Positions 29,557 to 38,610 of a DNA stretch of 64,000 bases are shown here, one piece after another; the stretch's first letter is position 1, and every line of letters begins with the position of its first letter. The stretch lies in the NCBI GenBank assembly GCA_902386555.1, contig CABMJJ010000009.1, forward strand, positions 345,870 to 409,869. The letters are read 5' to 3'. Origin of the DNA: Candidatus Bilamarchaeum dharawalense. GTDB lineage: Archaea; Micrarchaeota; Micrarchaeia; Anstonellales; Bilamarchaeaceae. Below the pieces are notes generated by a model, which saw only the letters and a program-made list of their open reading frames with translations, ran no database searches and was not told where the DNA came from. The position numbers and the translations under genes were made by a program.

Positions 29557-30087
29557 TCATGAAAGAAAATTTTTAAACAAGTCTTCCATGCTGCAAACTT
29601 TACCAGGTGTTGCAAATTTGGATGGATCGTACAACCAGGGTCTGCAATCAATTTTGGATGGGGGAATTCCAGAAAGATCAGGGCCCTGATAGGTTGAATT
29701 TATAGTATAATTATTCTGAGGAATGGACACCCAGTCACAATCCTGGAACATTTTTCCACCAATACACCCCAGATAATGGGTGTTGGACTTGAAAACGCTG
29801 AGAGAGGAGTTGCATTTTGGATTCAGCCCTTGGAGTTCGGTTCTGAGTTCTTCACGACCGCGCATGTAAATTTTTAGAGTAATGGACCTGTTCTGTATTG
29901 ACGTTGAGATATCACATTCGAGGGGAATGCCAAGTGCACGCAGTGTTTCAAAATTTTTCCCAGCAATTTCATTTTGCAGCGTTTGATTGATGTCGTCTGG
30001 GGTAGAGGTTGTTATAGATAAAAAATAATATCCGAAGATGACAATTAGACCTAACACTAAAATTATCAAAATTAATTTCTGATCCAT
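29557..30087 (-). CDS. Membrane-anchored Cys-rich surface protein (paralogue of 30177..30785)
   Basis: N-terminal TM helix; shared motifs GK.FE.L.A.G.PLECD and KIDCRPWLYDPSKFATPGKVCSM. Confidence 0.75.
   Translation of the reverse strand: MDQKLILIILVLGLIVIFGYYFLSITTSTPDDINQTLQNEIAGKNFETLRALGIPLECDISTSIQNRSITLKIYMRGREELRTELQGLNPKCNSSLSVFKSNTHYLGCIGGKMFQDCDWVSIPQNNYTINSTYQGPDLSGIPPSKIDCRPWLYDPSKFATPGKVCSMEDLFKNFLS
29585..29655. repeat. 71-bp exact direct repeat, copy 1
   Basis: Identical to 30205..30275 (tccatgctgcaaactt...ctgcaatcaatttt). Confidence 0.95.
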
Positions 30088-30114
30088 AATTAGTGAATGC
30101 ATCTAATGTTTAAA

Positions 30115-30170
30115 AACGGGAAGCCACCAACCAGAAGGAGGGATGGGTGGGTGGTATGGTGGCCCCCGTT
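30115..30170. other. GC-rich intergenic stem-loop with a G-rich loop
   Basis: aacggg-aa-gccacca-acca...tggt-a-tggtggc-c-cccgtt can pair; the loop contains gggatgggtggg. Confidence 0.55.
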
Positions 30171-30176
30171 ATAAGC

Positions 30177-30785
30177 CTAAGTTTCATAACTTTTCATTAG
30201 ATCATCCATGCTGCAAACTTTACCAGGTGTTGCAAATTTGGATGGATCGTACAACCAGGGTCTGCAATCAATTTTTGAAGTCGGAACATCGCTATAATCT
30301 GGGGTTTGGAAACTTCCAGCAACGCCCTGGTTTCCGTTGGATTGCTCGATCATAAGCCATTGACAACCTGGAAACATGGTGCCATCAGCACAACCAACAT
30401 AGTAGGTTTGACCTTTCATGATTCCTACCATCTTGGTACAGTCCCCGCTTGCTGCCGGAATTTCAGTTCGCATTTCCTGATTTCCCTTCATATAAATTTT
30501 AACATTCACAGTTTGCCCTTGGGAAGTTGAACTAACATCGCATTCAAGAGGAACACCCATGGCAGTTAAAGCTTCGAATGTTTTTCCTGCCAGATCATTG
30601 GAATTACCAGAAGTGGAACCGCCATTATTTGGCAAACCATTACCTGCCTGTGAACCAGCATCGGTTGGTAAACCAGAGCCAGTGGGTCCGGTTGTTTGAC
30701 CATTATCGCCAGGGGTTAAAGAGCAGCAACCAAAAACAAAAATCGAGGAGATAAGCAGAATTACTAAAATAAACTTTCCAACCAT
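30177..30785 (-). CDS. Putative lipoprotein, Cys-rich surface protein with a Gly/Ser/Thr linker
   Basis: Signal MVGKFILVILLISSIFVFGCC; low-complexity linker; paralogue of the downstream gene. Confidence 0.78.
   Translation of the reverse strand: MVGKFILVILLISSIFVFGCCSLTPGDNGQTTGPTGSGLPTDAGSQAGNGLPNNGGSTSGNSNDLAGKTFEALTAMGVPLECDVSSTSQGQTVNVKIYMKGNQEMRTEIPAASGDCTKMVGIMKGQTYYVGCADGTMFPGCQWLMIEQSNGNQGVAGSFQTPDYSDVPTSKIDCRPWLYDPSKFATPGKVCSMDDLMKSYET
30205..30275. repeat. 71-bp exact direct repeat, copy 2
   Basis: Identical to 29585..29655, offset 620 bp. Confidence 0.95.
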
Positions 30786-30868
30786 GTCTATGGAAACATG
30801 TTTAATGTTTAAAAAGCTACTGCGAAGCAAACTGCCGGTTTTTTATTTATTACAAAACCTAACTAGTT

Positions 30869-31792
30869 ATGTTGGAAACAAAATTCTTTAACAAAAAGAT
30901 CAAAAATCCGATTTTTCTTGCATCCGGTGTCCTGGGAATGACCAAAGGAAGTTTGGAAACTGCCTGCGACAATGGATGCGGTGGAGTGATTGCAAAATCA
31001 TTGACCATGGAACCTAGAAAAGGACACGAAGGACCTAATATTGTTGAGGTTGAGTGCGGCATCCTCAACGCCATGGGTTATCCAAATCCTGGAATTGACT
31101 ATGGCCTGAAAGAATTTGGAGGATGGGACCGAGAAGAAGCACTGGTTATCAGTATTGTTGGAAAGGATGCAAAAGAATTTGGGATGCTGGCAGAAAAAGT
31201 TGAAACGGTAAAAAAAGAACTTGGAGCAAGTGCGATTGAAGCTGCCATCTCCTGTCCGCATACGCCTGGATATGGAACCATGGCTGGACAGGGAACCCCT
31301 GAATCCGTTATGGAAATTGTTGGAGCGATAAGGGATAAATGCAAACTGCCTTTGATAGTAAAATTATCACCATCAATTCCAGGAGAAGGAAAGGCAGCAG
31401 AAGCTGCACAGAAAGCTGGTGCAGATGTAATAAACATGGGGAATTCGCTTGGCCCTGGGATGAAAATTGACATCAACAGAAAAAAACCAGTGTTGGGATT
31501 TGGCGTTGGTGGTTTGACTGGACCTGCAGTAAAACCAATAATTGTCAGATGTGTTTACGATATTTACAAAACAGTAAAGATTCCAATAATTGCAACCGGA
31601 GGAATAACAACCGGAGAGGATGCGGTGGAAATGATAATGGCCGGAGCAAGCTGGATAAGTGTTGGTAGTGCTGTATATTATAGAAGCCCGAAAGTTTTTG
31701 GTGAGATTGCAAAAGAAATGAAAAGCTGGATGGAATTGAACGGATACAAAAAATTAGCTGAACTAAAAGGTGCTGCACATGAAAAGATTTGA
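30869..31792 (+). CDS. pyrD: Dihydroorotate dehydrogenase 1B, catalytic subunit
   Basis: NPIFLASG, LNAMGYPNPG, ISCPH, IVKLSP, GGLTGPAVKP and GGITT motifs. Confidence 0.95.
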   Translation: MLETKFFNKKIKNPIFLASGVLGMTKGSLETACDNGCGGVIAKSLTMEPRKGHEGPNIVEVECGILNAMGYPNPGIDYGLKEFGGWDREEALVISIVGKDAKEFGMLAEKVETVKKELGASAIEAAISCPHTPGYGTMAGQGTPESVMEIVGAIRDKCKLPLIVKLSPSIPGEGKAAEAAQKAGADVINMGNSLGPGMKIDINRKKPVLGFGVGGLTGPAVKPIIVRCVYDIYKTVKIPIIATGGITTGEDAVEMIMAGASWISVGSAVYYRSPKVFGEIAKEMKSWMELNGYKKLAELKGAAHEKI

Positions 31793-32582
31793 AATCAACA
31801 ATAAAATTTACACCAATAAAATCCGGAAGGTCATAGGTGAAAATTATCGTGTTAAATCCATTGAAATAGACCACGATATGACCAAGGCGCTGCCTGGCCA
31901 GTTTATCATGATTTGGCTTCCAGGGATTGGTGAGAGGCCAATGAGCATCGGGAATAATGTTCCATTGACCATCTCTGTGGCAAACGTGGGAAACATTTCT
32001 GGAGAAATTTGTAAACTAAAAGCAGGCGATAAACTTTCCTACAGAGGACCATATGGGAAACCTTTCAGCGTACCTGAAAAAGCAAAACAAATTCTGGTTG
32101 TCGGTGGGGGATATGGAATTGTACCCATGTATTTTCTTGCTAAAGCTGCCAGGGAAAGCGAAATAGAACCTTTTGCAGTTGTTGGTGGAAAAACAGAAAA
32201 AGACCTGATCTATCAAAAACCTCTGTTTGCTGTGTGTAAAGAAGTTTTCATTACAACGGATGATGGATCAAAAGGAAGAAAAGGAAATGTCATGGTGGAA
32301 GTTGATGATCTTCTTCAAAAGAAAAAATTCGATTGTGTTTATGCCTGTGGACCAGAGAAGATGATGTATTTTGTTGCCCAGGCATGCAGGAAGCAGAACA
32401 TTCCATGTCAGGTTAGTTTAGAGAGATACATGAAGTGTGGTACTGGTGTCTGTGGATCCTGTGCGATAAATGGAAAATTCACCTGTGTAGACGGACCAGT
32501 TTTCACTGCAGAGGAAGCGTTTGCAGCATCTGAATTTGGGAAAAAACATAGGGATGCCACTGGACAGGCTAAGGATTGGTAG
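31779..32582 (+). CDS. pyrK: Dihydroorotate dehydrogenase electron-transfer subunit
   Basis: PGQF, RGPYG, VGGGYG, CGPEKMM and ERYMKCGTGVCGSC...CVDGPVF motifs. Confidence 0.95.
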   Translation: MKRFEINNKIYTNKIRKVIGENYRVKSIEIDHDMTKALPGQFIMIWLPGIGERPMSIGNNVPLTISVANVGNISGEICKLKAGDKLSYRGPYGKPFSVPEKAKQILVVGGGYGIVPMYFLAKAARESEIEPFAVVGGKTEKDLIYQKPLFAVCKEVFITTDDGSKGRKGNVMVEVDDLLQKKKFDCVYACGPEKMMYFVAQACRKQNIPCQVSLERYMKCGTGVCGSCAINGKFTCVDGPVFTAEEAFAASEFGKKHRDATGQAKDW

Positions 32583-32584
32583 GG

Positions 32585-33040
32585 CTATTTGATTGCTTGT
32601 AAAAAACCAATAAATTCATCAACAAAACCAGGTAGCTGTGCAACCTCAGTAAAAACCCTATCAAAAACAGGAACTATTTGACGAAGATGGGCTTCCAATG
32701 CCGAACGAATATCCAGGACGCCGTCATGAAGCCTTAGTATTGGTTTTTGAAATGCAGACAGCCAACCCTCTTCAATGCGAACACCGTGGGAATCGCCTGG
32801 AATCAGTATGGCACCTGTACAACTACGTACCCAATTTAGGTCACGCATAACTATTCCGGGGTTTGGATCTGCCTTCCATCCTTCTTCTCTAAGCGCACAG
32901 AAAGTTTTTACACCTCGGACTGTCGCTGCTCCTTCTATGGTTTCGATAATGCTCTTTAATCGTAAAAGCTCTGATGGATGTTTGTTTGATATTGGTGTGG
33001 CTAGGAATAGGGTCGTTGGGGCTAACTTGATAGTGGCCAT
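32585..33040 (-). CDS. Nucleoside 2-deoxyribosyltransferase/DNPH1-like protein
   Basis: FLATP, RDLNWV and SHGVRIEEGW...KPIL resemble the NDT S-x-G-x3-E motif. Start moved to MATIKL. Confidence 0.65.
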   Translation of the reverse strand: MATIKLAPTTLFLATPISNKHPSELLRLKSIIETIEGAATVRGVKTFCALREEGWKADPNPGIVMRDLNWVRSCTGAILIPGDSHGVRIEEGWLSAFQKPILRLHDGVLDIRSALEAHLRQIVPVFDRVFTEVAQLPGFVDEFIGFLQAIK

Positions 33041-33124
33041 TAATTGTATAATGTGTTGTGAGTATATAAAATATAACAAAGAAAAATTAGCAAAAACACA
33101 ATATATTAAAGTTATATTGTAAAA

Positions 33125-34090
33125 ATGCATAATATGAAGATGGACACCACTGACAAACACCTACTTTATCTTTTGGATCAAAACGCGCGTATGTCCTTGA
33201 CCAAACTTGGTTCGGAACTACAAATTTCACGAGAGTCGGTAAATTACAGAATTAAAAAGCTTCAGAGAAATAAAATCATCAAAACATTTGTTACAAAGCT
33301 TAATTTTGACAGATTAGGATTGATCAACTACGTCGTATACTTGAAACTTAACAATCTGCATGCAAAGGAATACGAGAAACTTGTAACTGAGCTGTCTGAA
33401 AAAAAGTACATTGTTTGGTTGGCTTCCATTGGGGGAAAATTCGATTTAGTATTGGAAATCGCAGCAGCATCACTAGCTGAGTTTGATGGACATTATTCTG
33501 AGTTGATCCATAAACATTCTAACCAAATAGGTAGTTGTTACGTGTCCATAAGAGTATCCCAACACACTTTTGGAAAGAAGTACCTGTGGCCGGAAAGAAC
33601 AACATCGCAAGAGGTAAAGAGCGAGACGGCCCTAGTTAAAATAGATGATATAGATAGAAAATTAATAACTGCAATGACAGAGAATGCACGATTGAGTGTA
33701 ATGGAAATAGGCAACCGAACAAAGATCCCGCCAAGCACGGTTGCATTTAGATTAAAACAACTAGAACGCAGTGGGATAATAGATGGATATTTTGTATTTT
33801 CAAAACTGAACGATTACGGGTATAGTAGGTATAAATGCTTGGTCACGGTGAGAAATTTCTCAAAACAAGATGAAGAAAAGTTATTGAAATTTTGTCGCAC
33901 GCACGAAGATATTTACTATTATGCAAAAACCCTGGTAAATTGGAATTTTGAAATAGAGGTGGATGTCAAAACACCCATGGAATACCAACAATTTTTAATA
34001 GAGTTTAGAAACAACTTCAACGAGATGATCCAGGATACGGAATCCCTATCGATTTTTGAGGAACATAAGTTCAAGTTTTGGCCGTACTGA
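33125..34090 (+). CDS. Lrp/AsnC transcriptional regulator with two tandem HTH-RAM units
   Basis: Two HTH units (LDQNARMSLTKLG...VNYRIKKL and ENARLSVMEIG...VAFRLKQLE..GII), each followed by a ligand-binding domain. Confidence 0.92.
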   Translation: MHNMKMDTTDKHLLYLLDQNARMSLTKLGSELQISRESVNYRIKKLQRNKIIKTFVTKLNFDRLGLINYVVYLKLNNLHAKEYEKLVTELSEKKYIVWLASIGGKFDLVLEIAAASLAEFDGHYSELIHKHSNQIGSCYVSIRVSQHTFGKKYLWPERTTSQEVKSETALVKIDDIDRKLITAMTENARLSVMEIGNRTKIPPSTVAFRLKQLERSGIIDGYFVFSKLNDYGYSRYKCLVTVRNFSKQDEEKLLKFCRTHEDIYYYAKTLVNWNFEIEVDVKTPMEYQQFLIEFRNNFNEMIQDTESLSIFEEHKFKFWPY

Positions 34091-34150
34091 ACGATCTACC
34101 AAAAAATTTGTAGTTACTAATAAATAGGTAGAGCCGGATAATAGAATCCT

Positions 34151-34777
34151 ATGACTATTCAAAAGGCAATGACCGAGCTTAGAAAAGGTAATTTTGTTTT
34201 AGTTTATGATGGAGATGACAGAGAGGGAGAAGCAGACCTGATAATGGCTGCCAAATTTATCACACCGGAAAAAATTGAAACCATGCGAAAGGACGGTGGA
34301 GGACTTATTTGTGCTGCCATCAACAAACAAAAAGCAGATGAAATCGGTTTGCCATTTTTTACAGACCTCGTCGAAAGCGGCAACTCCAATCTGGTAAAAA
34401 TGAGTTGTAGAAAAACCGCCTATGGTGACAAACCAGCTTTTTCCATTCCAATAAATCACAACGGGGTGTACACCGGTATAACTGATAAGGATCGGGCACT
34501 TACACTAACCAGGCTTAATGAAGTGATAACGAAAAAAATCAAAAGTTTCACAAAGGAATTTTACACCCCGGGCCATATTTTTCTTCTCATTGGTCGTGGA
34601 CTGAAAAACAGGAGAGGACATACGGAACTTGCCCTGGAACTGGGAAAGCAGGCGAATTTTGAAGTTATGGTATTATGCGAAATGCTTGGAAAGAAAAATG
34701 CACTTTCCAAAAATGATGCAAAAAAATATGCAAAAAATCACGGTTTGGTATTTATCGAAGGAAAGGAGATCGGGTGA
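34151..34777 (+). CDS. ribB: 3,4-dihydroxy-2-butanone 4-phosphate synthase (archaeal type)
   Basis: YDGDDREGEAD, GGLIC, TGITDKDRA, RRGHTE and CEML motifs. Confidence 0.95.
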   Translation: MTIQKAMTELRKGNFVLVYDGDDREGEADLIMAAKFITPEKIETMRKDGGGLICAAINKQKADEIGLPFFTDLVESGNSNLVKMSCRKTAYGDKPAFSIPINHNGVYTGITDKDRALTLTRLNEVITKKIKSFTKEFYTPGHIFLLIGRGLKNRRGHTELALELGKQANFEVMVLCEMLGKKNALSKNDAKKYAKNHGLVFIEGKEIG

Positions 34778-34781
34778 TATT

Positions 34782-35672
34782 ATGGTAAAAATAGGCATAG
34801 TTGATACAACTTTTGCCAGGGTAAATATGGGAGAGATAGCCCTGGATGAATTGAAAAAATTTCCAAATGTCGAAACAGAACGAAGAACTGTTCCGGGCAT
34901 AAAAGATCTTCCAGTGGAATGTAAGATTTTACTGGAAAAATGCGATGTTTGCATTGCATTGGGAATGGTTGGTGGTGCTCCCATAGACCAACAGTGCGGT
35001 CATGAAGCCTCACTTGGAATTCAACAGGCTAAACTGATGACAAACAAACATATCATAGAGGTTTTTGTTCATGAAAACGAAGGGTGGAATGAAGCTGAGT
35101 TGAAAGAGATATTTGAAAACCGCATAAGAAAACATGCACGCAATGCAATGGTGTTGGCTACAAAACCAGAGGAGCTTGTCAAACTTGCAGGAAAAGGAAT
35201 TCGACAGGGTAAAGAAGATGAAGGCGGATTGGATGATGAAAAAGCAACAGTGATTGGGATTGTTGTTTCTGAATTCAATGAGGATATAACAGAACGAATG
35301 GAAGACAGGGCAGTGGAGATTATCAAAGAAGAGAACATTTCTGCAAAAATTATCCACGTACCTGGAGTCTATGACATGCCACTGGTGGTAAAAAAACTTC
35401 TTATGGATAAAAAAATTGACGGAGTAATTACACTGGGAGCAGTAGTAAAAGGAGAAACTGCTCACGATGAAGTAATAACAAAGGATGTTGCAAAAAGACT
35501 GGGCGAACTTTCTCTGGAATTTAGAAAACCAGTTACGCTTGGTATAATAGGGCATAATGCAGAACAGGAAATAGCAGAGGAACGAGCAGAAGAGTATGCA
35601 GAACGGGCAGTCAGGGCGGTTATTGATTTAATAGAAATTTTGAAAGACGACGTTGTGAAGCAAGTTTCATGA
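34782..35672 (+). CDS. ribC-ribH: Fusion of archaeal riboflavin synthase (RibC) and lumazine synthase (RibH)
   Basis: N-half: IGIVDTTFARVNMG, RTVPGIKDLP, IEVFVHE, GIRQGKED. C-half: IVVSEFN, VPGVYDMP, LGAVVKGETAHD, PVTLGI. No intervening stop. ATG at 34782 follows a GGTGA site. Confidence 0.92.
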   Translation: MVKIGIVDTTFARVNMGEIALDELKKFPNVETERRTVPGIKDLPVECKILLEKCDVCIALGMVGGAPIDQQCGHEASLGIQQAKLMTNKHIIEVFVHENEGWNEAELKEIFENRIRKHARNAMVLATKPEELVKLAGKGIRQGKEDEGGLDDEKATVIGIVVSEFNEDITERMEDRAVEIIKEENISAKIIHVPGVYDMPLVVKKLLMDKKIDGVITLGAVVKGETAHDEVITKDVAKRLGELSLEFRKPVTLGIIGHNAEQEIAEERAEEYAERAVRAVIDLIEILKDDVVKQVS

Positions 35673-35696
35673 GTCCATTGAAACAGGAGGTAGAGT

Positions 35697-36275
35697 ATGA
35701 TAACTAAAGCAGCTGAGGCAGCATTACCAACACAATATGGAAAATTCAGAGTGCATGCATTTGTTGATGGTAAAGGAAAAGAACATCTTGCACTGGTAAG
35801 ATGCGAGCATAGACCACATGGTGCAGTACCAGTCCGAGTACATTCGAAATGTCTAACCGGAGATACGCTAACCTCGCTAAGGTGCGATTGTAGAGCACAG
35901 CTCAAGGCTTCCATGAAATATATTGAAAAGCACAAATGCGGAATTTTGATTTATCTTGATCAGGAAGGTAGAGGGATAGGACTTGCCAATAAGATCAAAG
36001 CCTATGCTCTACAGGAACAGGGAATGGACACCATAGAGGCAAATGTTCATCTTGGATTTAAGGAGGATATGCGCGATTTTTCCATTGCGGCTGACATTTT
36101 GAAATATTTTGGAGTGAAGGAAATTGCATTGATCACAAACAATCCTGAAAAGATAAAACAGATGAAAAAATATGGAATAGCGGTAGTTAAAAGAATCCCC
36201 ATCATTATCAAAGCAAACAAATACAACAAGAAATACCTCGATACAAAAAGAGAGAAGATGAAGCATCTGCTGTGA
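35697..36275 (+). CDS. ribA: GTP cyclohydrolase II (bacterial type)
   Basis: VRVHSKCLTGD, RCDC, QEGRGIGL, TNNPEK; AGGAGG upstream. Confidence 0.96.
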   Translation: MITKAAEAALPTQYGKFRVHAFVDGKGKEHLALVRCEHRPHGAVPVRVHSKCLTGDTLTSLRCDCRAQLKASMKYIEKHKCGILIYLDQEGRGIGLANKIKAYALQEQGMDTIEANVHLGFKEDMRDFSIAADILKYFGVKEIALITNNPEKIKQMKKYGIAVVKRIPIIIKANKYNKKYLDTKREKMKHLL

Positions 36276-36279
36276 TACC

Positions 36280-37371
36280 ATGGAAGATACAATGCATTTG
36301 GCAATTTCGCTTGCTAGAAGAGCCAACCCATCACCAAATCCTCATGTTGGTGCAGTGTTGATAAAGCAGGAGGAAATAATAGGGCAAGGATTTCACAAAA
36401 AAGCAGGATTGCCACATGCTGAAATTGAAGCCATAAATGATGCTAAAAAAAGAGGATATGATACGATCGGTTCGACGTTATATGTTACCCTGGAACCGTG
36501 TGCACATCATGGAAAGAGAACCCCACCCTGTGTTCCTGCAATAATTAAAGCCGGAATAAGAAAGGTTGTTTGCGCAATGAAAGATCCCAATCCAAAAGTT
36601 AATGGAAAGGGTATCGAAGCATTGGAAAATGCCGGAATAGCAGTTAAAGTTGGAAGTTATGAAGATGAAGCAAAAATGCTGAATGATGTTTACATTAAAC
36701 AAATAACCACCGGCCTTCCATTTGTAACAATGAAAGTTGCTGTGAGCCTGGATGGGAAAATAGCAACAAGAACAGGCGATTCAAAATGGATTTCAAGCGA
36801 AGCATCCAGAAGACTTGTTGGTGCAATGCGAGACAGACACGATGGAGTTATGGTGGGTATTGGAACGATTTTGAAGGACAACCCAAGACTAACCTGTAGA
36901 ATGAAAGGCTGCCGTGACCCAGTAAGAATAATTGTTGATTCAAAATTGAGAATTCCCTTGGATGTGAATGTATTGAAACGACCAAATGGAATGGTGGTTA
37001 TTGGCTGCGGAAATGACTTCGACAGAAGCAAAAAAGCAAAACTTGAAAGGATAGGTGCTCGAGTTTTTGTTGCAGCACAAGAGGATGGTGAAGTGGATTT
37101 GAAAAAATTCATGAAACAACTCTCAGATTATGGAATAACCTCAATTTTATTAGAAGGCGGAAGTGCATTGGATGGTGCAATGGTGGATGCCAAACTGGTC
37201 GATAAATTTTCTATTTTTGTAGCTCCAAAAATAATAGGCGGCCAGGATGCCAAGGGTCCCATAGGTGGCATTGGTGCGGCGCTGGTAAAAAATTCCATTG
37301 TTTTGAAAAACCTGAAAGTGGAACAGGTGGGAACAGACTATTTTTTTGAAGGCTATGCGGACTATCGTTAA
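36280..37371 (+). CDS. ribD: Bifunctional pyrimidine deaminase/reductase
   Basis: PNPHVG, HAE, TLEPC...TPPC, SLDGKIA, SKWIS and EGG motifs. Confidence 0.96.
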   Translation: MEDTMHLAISLARRANPSPNPHVGAVLIKQEEIIGQGFHKKAGLPHAEIEAINDAKKRGYDTIGSTLYVTLEPCAHHGKRTPPCVPAIIKAGIRKVVCAMKDPNPKVNGKGIEALENAGIAVKVGSYEDEAKMLNDVYIKQITTGLPFVTMKVAVSLDGKIATRTGDSKWISSEASRRLVGAMRDRHDGVMVGIGTILKDNPRLTCRMKGCRDPVRIIVDSKLRIPLDVNVLKRPNGMVVIGCGNDFDRSKKAKLERIGARVFVAAQEDGEVDLKKFMKQLSDYGITSILLEGGSALDGAMVDAKLVDKFSIFVAPKIIGGQDAKGPIGGIGAALVKNSIVLKNLKVEQVGTDYFFEGYADYR

Positions 37372-38522
37372 TTGCTAATATTTTGATAGGTTTTATTGAG
37401 AACAGCATAATTCCTGAAAACAAACCAGCCATCAGACTCAACAGAATTGTTTATTTGTTTCCAAACTTTCTCAAATGCAGGATAGGTTGCGATTTGAGGG
37501 GAATAGAGAAGGGCTGGAAGAGCAGTGAGATTGTATTTGCCTATAAGAGTTTTGGCTTCTGAAGAATTGGAATCGTAATTGGTTTCGTTGTCGATGTAGA
37601 GCCCAGCAGACTCGGATAGGTAATAGCCAAGTTCGTGGATATCAAAACAATCTTTACAGCTACTATTGTACAAGTAGATCACATTCACAACCCCGTGAAT
37701 TTCGTGGGTGGGTAGTTCAACATAGGGTGGCTTAACTTCACGTAAAACAAACCAGCCATTTTCGATTGTACCAAGAACAGAAATTTGAGCAAAAATTGGA
37801 TAGACAGCTGCATCCTCACTTAACAAAAGAACTGGAAGTTTTGTTATGTTGTAGGTTTGAATTAGTACCTGTGCTTCTGGATCAGATTCGTTGAGGATGG
37901 TTTGGCTGGTGAAGACCATGGCGATCTGAGGATCTTCAAGTCCTGGCATAAATTCAGTGGCATCAAGACAATAGCTGCAATTGGAAGCCTGGATGGCAAT
38001 TCCTTTGATAAGACCCATGGGTTTGGCAGCCGTAATGTTATAGAATGGTGGATAGGGATATCTGGATACCAGAGTACCGTCCGGCTCCACTGACCCGGCA
38101 CTTTTGTTCCATAGGGCAACAAAATCAGGATCTGCTGCACTATCACCAATAACAACCAGGGAAGGCAGTTCGGTTATGTTATACTCAGAAATAATCATAT
38201 TCGCATCTTCAGAAGGATAGGAAATATTTTGCACAGATGATAAATAAATTTTTGTAGAATTGGAAATGATTGTTTTTGTTTGCTCGACCCCAATATCACC
38301 AAAATTACACTCTGCACATGGTGCATTGATAACCACTAATACAACTGGCATTTTCGTAGGTGTTTCTGGAGTTAGGTTTTGAGGTGGCGGGGAATTGTTT
38401 TGGGGAAGGGAAATATTTGGTTGCTGGATTTGTGGGGTGTTTGGCTGAAGAAACATGAATATAACTAGCCCAATAATTGCACCCAAAAGGATCCAAATAA
38501 GCACAGTAATATAGGGTTTCAT
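37368..38522 (-). CDS. Membrane-anchored extracellular protein with three thioredoxin-like CxxC repeats
   Basis: N-terminal TM helix and Pro/Gln linker. CAEC, CSYC and CKDC are each followed by YN(I/L)TxLP. Confidence 0.75.
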   Translation of the reverse strand: MKPYITVLIWILLGAIIGLVIFMFLQPNTPQIQQPNISLPQNNSPPPQNLTPETPTKMPVVLVVINAPCAECNFGDIGVEQTKTIISNSTKIYLSSVQNISYPSEDANMIISEYNITELPSLVVIGDSAADPDFVALWNKSAGSVEPDGTLVSRYPYPPFYNITAAKPMGLIKGIAIQASNCSYCLDATEFMPGLEDPQIAMVFTSQTILNESDPEAQVLIQTYNITKLPVLLLSEDAAVYPIFAQISVLGTIENGWFVLREVKPPYVELPTHEIHGVVNVIYLYNSSCKDCFDIHELGYYLSESAGLYIDNETNYDSNSSEAKTLIGKYNLTALPALLYSPQIATYPAFEKVWKQINNSVESDGWFVFRNYAVLNKTYQNISN

Positions 38523-38610
38523 AGAATAACGTGTCAAAGCGATATTTTTAAATTGATGACTATAATAAAAGAAAACACAATCAAATGCTTATTTTTATTT
38601 TTGTGATTTT

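Noticed and set aside
29585..30275. Diversity-generating retroelement TR/VR pair
   Set aside because: The copies are identical rather than differing at adenines, both lie in coding 3' ends, and no reverse transcriptase is in the window.
34629..34781. N-terminal extension of RibC-RibH in the ORF track (similar extensions at 3914-4012, 9827-9925, 33041-33160 and 58275-58382)
   Set aside because: These overlap neighbouring genes; better ATG starts coincide with family N-termini and SD or TATA positions.
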